Below, piece by piece: positions 51,964 through 60,900 of a stretch of DNA of 64,000 nucleotides. Origin of the DNA: a bacterium. Its GTDB lineage: Bacteria > Hinthialibacterota > Hinthialibacteria > Hinthialibacterales > Hinthialibacteraceae. Both the position numbers and the translations under genes were made by a program. The number at the start of each line of letters is the position of its first letter. Position 1 is the stretch's first letter. The notes beneath the pieces were generated by a model. The model was not told the DNA's origin. It did no database searches and saw nothing but the letters and a program-made list of their open reading frames with translations. The DNA is taken from positions 960,001 to 1,024,000 of the forward strand of contig CAXXMV010000008.1 in the NCBI GenBank assembly GCA_963662285.2, read 5' to 3'.

Positions 51964-51975
51964 GATTTTAAGGTT

Positions 51976-52011
51976 GAAAAAGAACAGGGCGATGCATGCG
52001 CCATCGCCCTG
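51976..52011 (-). terminator. Intrinsic terminator between the CBM gene and the pilin gene
   Basis: CAGGGCGATG-N7-CATCGCCCTG followed on the minus strand by TTCTTTTTC. Confidence 0.7.
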
Positions 52012-52038
52012 CTCCAGGTTCATTCCATCCATTCAGTT

Positions 52039-54291
52039 TTAGTTCAACATCCAGTCAAGAACCGCCGTAGGAGCGGTGGGACCCGCTTTGAGGTTGTCGA
52101 ACCGGGCGTGATTCATATATAGCATGTCGCTCAATGCGTCGCTGTAGCAAGCGCGGTAATGCAATCCAGCCGGACCGAAGGGATAGTCGCCGTCATTGAT
52201 TTCGGCGATTGGTGCGCCATCCACCAGGAAGGATACTTTGCCATTCAAGTATTCGATGCGGAAACGATGCCATCCGCTGTCGGTCAAAGTTACCCGCGCG
52301 AAATCTTCGGCGAATCCTTCGGTGCGGTTGATAACATGAACCTTGCTGTTGCCGGGGGCGTACTTGCGGGCGATGATGTCGCCGCTGTCGGTTTCAAAAG
52401 AAATAGCATAGCCGCCGGAACTGCGGTAGGTATTGCTGTCGCCCAGAGCGTCCATCGACGGTTTGTCAGGATTGAAAACGCTGCAATGCACTGCCAATGA
52501 AATACGGTCGAACATATTCTCCGGCGCATCAAAACGAACATCGCAATATGCGTCGACTTCGACGAAATAATTGGCGTCGGCGTTCTGTCCGAAGGCCAGC
52601 ATATCCCAACTAAAGAAACCACCCACTTCCAGCGCATAACTTGGGCTGGTCGCTCCTTCAAGCGTGTTGGGTTCAATATAATAGAGAACTGTTTCATCGC
52701 CGGCAGCGTCAGGGAAATTGACCTGATAGAAAGTATCCTGAGTAACATCGATTATCGGCCGGACATCGCCTGCTTCTTCGTGTCCCCATTCACGCGAACC
52801 GCGATAAACTATTTCTGGATTCAAACCGCTTGGGTCGAATTGATCGGCGATAGCGTTATCTTCCAGACTATTGAAGAGACTGGGTATAGCGCTGAAATCC
52901 TGAGTATAGGCGTCGCCGAACATGGTAACGGTTTCCGCAGCCGGATCGAAATCGTAATATTTGGCTATAGGTCCGACGCGGTATTGCTTGCCCTGTTGCA
53001 GGTCGTTAAACGAATAGGCGCCCGACTCATCAGTGACCGTCTGATACACTGAATTCTGATCTATGGCGAATACCATAACGCCAGCTAGAGGTTGATCTGC
53101 TTCGGTGATGGTTCCTGTGATAGAAGCGGCGGCCTGCTGGCTGACGAACTGAACGTCATCTACATAGAAGGTTGCGACTTGATCCACGTCATCGCCCACG
53201 CACATTAAACCCAATGCCACAACATCGTTTTGGTTGGCGTCGGGAGTATCCGTACCGTATCCTGCGTCCCATTCCTCTTCGCCAAAGGCATCGAGCGAGA
53301 GGGTGAGTTTCTGCCAACTGGCGTTAGTGGTGTAATCGTTGGGCAGCGCGAATCGCAGAGCGCGTCCCTGGCTATCGTACAAAAAGACGGTGAAAGTCAA
53401 CTGACCGGGAGTCACGTTGGCGTCGCCGTAAAACCACATTTCCACCGCCGCGAATTTTGAAAGACTCAAGGCGCCTGCTTCAAAATCCTTGCGAACCGTG
53501 TTATGCCACCATTTTTCCGGCAGATCAACGTCCATCAATAAACAACCGGAACCCTGGGGCGAGGGATTCTGATCATCTATCGAGATAAACAGACCGTCGG
53601 GGCCGCCCGCCTTGCTGAATTGCCACACTGTGTTGAGATCGTCGTTGTTGGCGTAACCGTCAAACGCATCGACTACCATGCTTTCAGGTTTGATGTTCAT
53701 TTTGATGTCGTCGACGTAGAAGGTGGCGAACTGTTCAACTTCGTTGCCAACCGTCATCAAGCCAACTGATACGATATCGGTTTTATCGGCGTCAGGCGCG
53801 TCAGTGCCATAACCTGAATCCCACTCTTCTTCGCTGAAGGCGTCCAACGACAGGGTGATTTTCTGCCATTCGGGATTAACGATGTAATCATTGGGTAGCG
53901 CGAATTTCAACACGCGACCTGCGCTGTCATACAGGAAAACATTGAACGCCAGGGCGCCGGGAGTGACGGATGCATCACCAGCGAACTGAAACTGGATATT
54001 GAGATACTCAGAAAGGTCCAATGGGCCTATAGGAATCTCTTTACGAATGATGTTGTGCCACCATTTTTCGGGCATATCGATATCCATAGCCAAACAGTTG
54101 GAACCCTCGATGGCGCCATTGGTCTCCAGCCAGGCGTAAAGACCATCCGGGCCGCCCGCTTTGGAAAACACCCAGTTCTCCTGAACGTCGAAATCGTCGA
54201 TATAGGTTTCGAAATCATCGATGGGCAATGTCTGGGCGTTCACGTTGAACGCCGACATGACCAGCGCTGCAAATAAAATAATCCGGTACAT
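52039..54291 (-). CDS. Secreted protein: two tandem CBM11-like domains + carboxypeptidase-regulatory-like + ConA/lectin-like domain; C-terminal VxxWxx tag
   Basis: Signal peptide; two ~180-aa repeats (FSKAGGPDGL, PEKWWHN, FALPNDY, ATFYVDD); SITGTIT...TDESGAYSF; WHRFRIE...VDG...GPAGL; ends TAVLDWMLN. Confidence 0.8.
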   Translation of the reverse strand: MYRIILFAALVMSAFNVNAQTLPIDDFETYIDDFDVQENWVFSKAGGPDGLYAWLETNGAIEGSNCLAMDIDMPEKWWHNIIRKEIPIGPLDLSEYLNIQFQFAGDASVTPGALAFNVFLYDSAGRVLKFALPNDYIVNPEWQKITLSLDAFSEEEWDSGYGTDAPDADKTDIVSVGLMTVGNEVEQFATFYVDDIKMNIKPESMVVDAFDGYANNDDLNTVWQFSKAGGPDGLFISIDDQNPSPQGSGCLLMDVDLPEKWWHNTVRKDFEAGALSLSKFAAVEMWFYGDANVTPGQLTFTVFLYDSQGRALRFALPNDYTTNASWQKLTLSLDAFGEEEWDAGYGTDTPDANQNDVVALGLMCVGDDVDQVATFYVDDVQFVSQQAAASITGTITEADQPLAGVMVFAIDQNSVYQTVTDESGAYSFNDLQQGKQYRVGPIAKYYDFDPAAETVTMFGDAYTQDFSAIPSLFNSLEDNAIADQFDPSGLNPEIVYRGSREWGHEEAGDVRPIIDVTQDTFYQVNFPDAAGDETVLYYIEPNTLEGATSPSYALEVGGFFSWDMLAFGQNADANYFVEVDAYCDVRFDAPENMFDRISLAVHCSVFNPDKPSMDALGDSNTYRSSGGYAISFETDSGDIIARKYAPGNSKVHVINRTEGFAEDFARVTLTDSGWHRFRIEYLNGKVSFLVDGAPIAEINDGDYPFGPAGLHYRACYSDALSDMLYMNHARFDNLKAGPTAPTAVLDWMLN

Positions 54292-54591
54292 GATATGATA
54301 CTCCTTTTAAATAATGATTAATTCTCTAAGAACATTGTGCTATCACAGAATCAGCAGTAAAGGGTGATGCAAATATGTAAAATCATTATATTATAAATAG
54401 TCAAGCAGGTTGGATAATCAATACCATTTTGGCATAGACAAAAAATATCTAGATACACCAGCCAAAGATGCATAAAAATTATCTAAAGCCTGATCTATCT
54501 CAATACCGAAGCATAAAATCGATATCATTGAGGCGCAAAGTGAAACGCGCCCCATGCTGTTAGAGGATTAAGATAAAGTTAAGAAAGGCCA

Positions 54592-55194
54592 TTATTCGAG
54601 CATGTTGCCCGGTCCAAAAATAGCGATATCGCCAATGCTGATCAATCCATTCGAGGAATCATAGCGCATAGTGTAATCATCCCCATTGCCGCCCGACCAT
54701 AAACCCGGCATCCCGGCATTAGGTCCAAACGATTTCACATACCATTTGGCGGAACATCCTCTTGTCTGGGATTGAGCTACAGCTTCACTCCAAGGAAGAA
54801 ACGGCGGGAAATATCCCCAATAATCATTACATACCGAAGTTCCCCGGCCATCCACTCCAGGAGGAATGGAGAAATAACGGTACCAAGTCCATTGCAACCA
54901 TGCTTCCGGTTGCCCACTCGTATTATCGTGGGGAGGAGGAAAAACATCTTTGGGAATTGAACTGAGATAAGGAACAGGCGTACTCAATAAAGGCAGATAA
55001 TGGCTGGGCGGATAGGCGTTATTATCCAGAAAATATTGCTCTTGCGCCATGCCAATAGCCCGCAGGTCGGATTTACAACGCGCTACTTTCGCGCATATCT
55101 GAGCATTCAAAAAATTGGGAACGGCAATCGCAGCAAGAATGCCAATGATGGCCACAACAATAAGAAGTTCGATTAAGGTAAATCCTCTTTTCAT
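54592..55194 (-). CDS. Type II secretion pseudopilin / type IV pilin-like protein (N-methylation domain)
   Basis: MKRG|FTLIELLIVVAIIGILAAIAVPNF; LSTPVPY, SFGPN, YDSSNGLISIGDI. Confidence 0.9.
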   Translation of the reverse strand: MKRGFTLIELLIVVAIIGILAAIAVPNFLNAQICAKVARCKSDLRAIGMAQEQYFLDNNAYPPSHYLPLLSTPVPYLSSIPKDVFPPPHDNTSGQPEAWLQWTWYRYFSIPPGVDGRGTSVCNDYWGYFPPFLPWSEAVAQSQTRGCSAKWYVKSFGPNAGMPGLWSGGNGDDYTMRYDSSNGLISIGDIAIFGPGNMLE

Positions 55195-55643
55195 GATTGA
55201 GTTCTTTCTTAACAATGGAGTTGTTGTACCGGATGTTAACCATACACAAAATATGGATAATAAACGGCTTGATGCATCAAGTCGATTAAAAACGTTTTGC
55301 TGTTACCACAAAATACAATCAGGATATAAAAAAAGGAAGGATATTAGTCAATATTCCCAGGCAGAATAATAAAAACCTCTGAGAGTCGCCTTATAGCGGA
55401 ACAGGCAAGAATTCTAGCGGTGTTCCACGCCAAATGTTAAAGAAATATTTCACTAGATTGTCATCCGCCATTTGGAGTTTTGGATAATTAAAACATATCA
55501 CTAACCTTAACAAAAACAGTTCTCTTATTATATATTGGATAAATGGAAAGATGCATTTTCGACTTTTGTTATATATCTTTATTGAGATCAGTAGGTTATG
55601 GAATGAATATTTCATATATTTTTATAGAGGTGAATAAAGAAAC

Positions 55644-57704
55644 ATGCGAGTTCCCCAAATCATCAAACACTTTAAAAGTATAACGCTATGTCTGTTTTTT
55701 CTGACATTATTACTAGGGATTAATTCCGGCAGATCATTCAGTGACGCAATTAGTAAGAAACAATATAATGATGCAATAAGTCTTCTTAGAAACGGGATGA
55801 GCAAGCAGGATATACCCACTCTAATCGAAGCCAAGAAGATATTTGATGTGATGCCTGACAAGATGCACGGTTCAGGAAATTTTCGCGCCTCGATACTTCC
55901 TTTCGTGGAAAAATGTAATAACGCCCTGATCAACTTTAGTAAAAACGGAATTACTAAAGGCGAAAAAACTCAAGACTGCAAATTATTGCTCGAAATGGAA
56001 AATCATCTTCTGGTCATGAAATCCCTTCAGCGCCCTGAAGATGAGATGACGGAAGCCCGGCAGAGAATTGAAAGAAAATTCAGGGAATCGTATTTGATAC
56101 TTTCCGATCAATGCGACGAACTTATAGCTAAATACTGCCAAAATGGAAATACTTTGCCTTCATCTGCGATTCTCGATATCTGGGGTCCTGATTTTGTTGT
56201 GGATGACGCCAAAATGACATTCCCCTTTACTCTTCACATGAAGCGTGAAAAAACGCTTCCCTGGCAAACAGTCACAGAGGGAGTTACATGGGATATCACT
56301 GTCGCTTCCGCTAAAGCAACCATCGAAGATGGTACTCTTGTGTTGAATGATTCAGGAGCGGATGTCAATCTCATCGTCCATGCTTCCTATCGGGGACGTA
56401 CCAGATCCAAGACGATTGATATTCGCCGGAACTTGAAATTAATCGTTGAAGGCCAACCTGAAATCATGAAAAATTCAGAAAGCCAATACCATTTATTCTC
56501 TGAGGGGAAAAAAATACTGCTTAATGTTGAGTGGTCAGTCAGTCAGAATACCGCCAATGCAACAATCAAGAACGGCATCCTCAGCGTCGGTAATACGAAC
56601 GACAACCAGACGGTATACGTACAAGCGGAGTATATGAAAAACACAGCTACCATCCCGGTGAAAGTCCTGGCTGATGTATCAACCCAGATTGTCGGTCCTT
56701 CCTCACTCCGCCAAGGGGAGCAATTCACTTACCAGTTTCTCTATAAAGGGAGAGAGATCACGGAGGGAGTCAGCTGGTCGATTAAAGATGAATCCGCTGG
56801 AACGATTGATCCCAAAAAAGGAACTCTTTCGATTGTTGATGATAATAAAAAAGAAAGCGTAATAATTATCGCTCAGTATATGGGAACTTCGGTGTTTAAA
56901 ACGATTCAACTTCTGAGTTTTCAGCGATGGGCGATCATATTTGGCGTTACGAATAATGAAAAAAAGCAACTCGTAAAACGGGGATACGCAGACACGGATG
57001 CGGAGAAAATCTATAACTGGGCGACATCAAGCGCGGGAGGCTTTCCTGAAGATCATGTCCTCTATTTAACCGATTCAACGGATACTAAGGCGACTACAGG
57101 TCAGCTGCAAGAAGCATTATTTGAATGGACCAAACAAATCCAACCAGATGATTTTCTCTTGTTCTATTATGCTGGTCATGGTGAAGGCGCTTTTTCAAAG
57201 GTAGAAGAAGAAGGTGCAGAAACTGATCAAATGACAAAAGAACTTTATCTCATAACATATGATACCGATCCACTTGATAAGCCAAATACTGCGTTTCCCA
57301 TGAATCGCGTCAAACAAGCGTTAGCGGAAACCGCTTGCCGTAATATCTTAGTTGTCGCTGATACCTGTTTTTCGGGTGGTATTGGATCTGAATTGTTTCA
57401 ATCCAACCTGGATTTCGCCAACCTCGTAACAGCCAAAGATGGAGTCTCTGTATTTACGGCTGCCGATTCTACTCAATCTTCTTATTTTAAGGGAAATGAA
57501 TGGAACGGAGGGGTATTTACTTATTATTTTGAGAACGGATTAAAAGGGGAAGCAGATTTTGATAATGACTCTCTGGTTACATTAGGTGAAATCACTTATT
57601 TTGTCACCAAAGAGGTGATTGGAGCAAATACCAGTGGACCGCAAACTCCCAAGACCTATGGAAATATTGATCAGACTTTTCCATTGTCGTGGTGTTATGA
57701 ATGA
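55644..57704 (+). CDS. Secreted caspase-family (peptidase C14, ortho/metacaspase-like) protease with three Ig-like repeats
   Basis: Signal/TM; repeats of the form GVTW/VEWSV/GVSWSI...ATI..G.L; C14 domain with RWAIIFG, YYAGHG (His), ADTCFSG (Cys), GVFTY, GEADFDNDSLVT, QTP. Confidence 0.88.
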   Translation: MRVPQIIKHFKSITLCLFFLTLLLGINSGRSFSDAISKKQYNDAISLLRNGMSKQDIPTLIEAKKIFDVMPDKMHGSGNFRASILPFVEKCNNALINFSKNGITKGEKTQDCKLLLEMENHLLVMKSLQRPEDEMTEARQRIERKFRESYLILSDQCDELIAKYCQNGNTLPSSAILDIWGPDFVVDDAKMTFPFTLHMKREKTLPWQTVTEGVTWDITVASAKATIEDGTLVLNDSGADVNLIVHASYRGRTRSKTIDIRRNLKLIVEGQPEIMKNSESQYHLFSEGKKILLNVEWSVSQNTANATIKNGILSVGNTNDNQTVYVQAEYMKNTATIPVKVLADVSTQIVGPSSLRQGEQFTYQFLYKGREITEGVSWSIKDESAGTIDPKKGTLSIVDDNKKESVIIIAQYMGTSVFKTIQLLSFQRWAIIFGVTNNEKKQLVKRGYADTDAEKIYNWATSSAGGFPEDHVLYLTDSTDTKATTGQLQEALFEWTKQIQPDDFLLFYYAGHGEGAFSKVEEEGAETDQMTKELYLITYDTDPLDKPNTAFPMNRVKQALAETACRNILVVADTCFSGGIGSELFQSNLDFANLVTAKDGVSVFTAADSTQSSYFKGNEWNGGVFTYYFENGLKGEADFDNDSLVTLGEITYFVTKEVIGANTSGPQTPKTYGNIDQTFPLSWCYE

Positions 57705-57931
57705 TATAAATAAGTACGTATAAATGCATATTTCAATGATAATTACGTTAATAGTCTTTGATAATACTAAGTTGTTCCTGCCATAAATATTGAGGAGTCT
57801 TCTCTATACATAAAATATTCTGATAAGATAAATGACTTGTGATTCGTAATAAGAGCGTGATTTTTTTTGTTTAGCAAATATTCATGTTATGAAATTGAAA
57901 TTAATTAGCGTAGGATATAAAAAGGGGAAAT

Positions 57932-60900
57932 GTGATGAAATATCGAGTGAATTTTCATTTTATAAAACAATTGATAATCTATGGTACCTATTTAATTTTA
58001 ATTACCTTATCTGCTGGCGCCAAACCAAGAATCGTATTGATTAAGGATTTTCTTAGTGATATAAGTTTGCAAAACGCCGTCTGGCGAGATACCGGACTAC
58101 AGGCATTTGAATTCAGTAGTCGACAAGCGGGAACGGAGCGTGCGGGAACCGGATTTATAAACCATTGTGCGGATATTCATACGAATCCATCAAAGGATCT
58201 CCACTCTTCAATATATGGATCGTATATTATTAATCTCCCCGACCTAAAACGCATTCAATTAGAACTACGTTACGATTTATTCAAAAATGCTAATGGAGTA
58301 TTTAAACATAGTGATTTCTATGTAAAAGTCATTGAAAAAAATGAATTGGGAAAATATCACGCTACTGCGATTTTTCATGATCCGAATCTTGAACAACAAA
58401 CGCAAATAGATTCTATCAAAAAAGAAGAAGACCGTGAATTTACTTCTCACCCATTTATCGTTGACCTTTCTCCTTGGCGAGGGGAGAAACTCATCCGTAT
58501 AGACTTAGTAGTTGATACCCCTTCAGGTATAACTGTTCCATGTCATGGAAGATGGGTGGAAGCAAGCCTGAAGGGAACGACGTTCAACATTGCACTAGGC
58601 GAAGTTCAGAAGATTACTGGCAAGCAGGCTTCCCGTAATTCGAACAATTCTCTTTCTATCAATCCACAACTATTGAGAGACAGTGAAACAGGAGAGCGCC
58701 AGGATATTTCAATCAATGACCTGAGCAATTACCCGGATACGGGTATAACAACGGTGAACCTTAATGGCCGCTGGTTGGCTTATACCCATGCAATAAACTC
58801 ATATAATAACTCCAATAAGAGAGGAACTGTAGTTTTCGATTTATCAAGTTATAGTTCTGAAAACCTTTATACTATTTCGGTTGATGATTTTGCAAAAACT
58901 CTCGTTCGCGGCGAATCATTGCATTCTGCAGAGCCAGCTTTATCGGGGAATCCATTTCTCCTATTCGAACCTTCAGACTATTCTTCTCGAATAGATAATT
59001 ATTACACTGGCGTTTCATCCGCTGTGGTTAATAATTCACAGGTTCATGCATTTCTTAATCTACATGATCGATATCTGAATTTGTCGTATCACAATTGGGA
59101 TTATACGCGTATCGGATATGCACGGTCACAAGATACTTGGGATCATGATGGTTATGAATTTGGAGAAATCTATTCTATCATCGAAGGTTATCAATCTGAA
59201 TCTTCCATAAATGCAACGCGGAATACTTATGGAGTTGGAACGCCATCGGTGATTCAAAAAGGTAATTATTATTATCTTTTTTACACTAGATGGTTGGATC
59301 GAAAATTTATTTCCGATTCGTTAGATTCAATCTGCGTTGCCCGCGCTTATAAAAACGATCTATTTAATTCCAATATTGAAATTTCTACTCAGGCATGGAA
59401 AAAATACTATCTCGGTTCATGGTCAGAAAATGGGATTGGGGGAAAATCAAGCCCTATCCTTAATCAAGGTTGGTCATGGCGGGCGTTTCCTAAAGTACAT
59501 TTCAATACTCACTACAACGAATATGTAATGCTCTGCCTGGGACCAAGCGGCGTCTATATGTATATGACGGATAACCAGGATTTAACGGACTGGGGCTCTT
59601 CGGTTCTCCTTCAAGGCTTGGAATCATATCCTCAAGCGCTCTATCCATCTGTGATTGGACAAGGTGGCAGCGATACAGAATGTGACCAGTACGGGATGTT
59701 GTATTACGCCTATGATACAAACCAGACTCTTGGTGGTCATACTATGGCGCGGCGTCAGATATACTTTGATGGTAAACCTTCACCGCCAGTTGCATCTATA
59801 GATTCTATTAGAATAGATGATGAAAGTGTTCCTGTTGATATTTCACCAATTACTTTAAACGAGGGTAGAAAACTGAAAATCGCTTTCTCTGGATATGATC
59901 CAGGAAATACCAATCCAACCTATACTCATGGATTGAATCCACCGTCAGTACCTGCAATCATCGAAACTTCTGTGAATTCAGAAGGATTTATCACTGGAAC
60001 CTTAACATATACTCCTGGTCAAAACGATGCCGATATACTAGATAATGGTAATGATAGTACTAATGATCCATTTCTCTTCCAATTTAGAGTTACCAATGAG
60101 TTTGAAGAAAGTGTTATTAATATTGTTGTTGATATAATCAACTCAAATCAACCTCCTGTCATCTCGACAACTTATAAAATTCAGGGATCCTATACAACTC
60201 CAATTCCAATTAATGATGGTAATACTATTAATGCGGAAGCCGGGCAAACTTTAGTATTTAATTATCAAGCGGTTGATGAAGATGGCGATGCTATTATGCT
60301 TCCTGAACATCCTATCATATCTGGTCCAGATGATTTAACTTCATCATTAACTGTTACAAATGTCGAAACTAATTCGATCGACTGGTTACTTGTTATCGAA
60401 ATCCCATCAGAAATCAATTTATTAGGTGAAGAGATTACAATTGAGCAGTACGTAGAAGATGAACATAACGTTTTACGCAAAGTAACTTATTACATATATG
60501 TAAAACCTCTTCCACCGACGCCGACGTTCACTTTTACTCCAACGTATGAGCCGCCGACATTTACTCCAACGGCTACTTCAATTCCAACGCCTGAGCCGCC
60601 AACATTTACTCCAACGGCTACTTCAATTCCAACGCCTGAGCCGCCAACATTTACTCCAACGGCCACTTCAACTCCAACGCTTGAGCCGCCAACATTTACT
60701 CCAACGGCCACTTCAACTCCAACGCTTGAGCCGCCAACATTTACTCCAACGGCCACTTCAACTCCAACGCTTAAGCCGCCAACATTTACTCCAACGGCCA
60801 CTTCAACTCCAACGCCTGAGCCGCCAACTCCTACTCCAGAAGTTACATCGAGCGAGCCGGGGGTTTACATAACGACCAAAGAAATCTTACGGCGGTGCAG

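Noticed and set aside
51964-52032. Extended N-terminus MDGMNLEQ... of the pilin ORF (also the MLRKNSI extension at 55195-55215 and the MNYREGDR extension of alaS)
   Set aside because: The extension runs through a terminator hairpin or RBS region; downstream ATGs give typical N-termini.
51340-55215. Diversity-generating retroelement acting on the pilins
   Set aside because: There is no reverse transcriptase and no template/variable repeat pair differing only at adenines; the pilin genes differ at all base types.
57660-57704. C-terminal tag on the caspase (FPLSWCYE), DUF2961 (YVWVYEW) and GH36-like (WTWFVIE) proteins
   Set aside because: The spacing does not fit [V/I]xxWxx[Y/F], and these residues look like terminal core strands of their domains.
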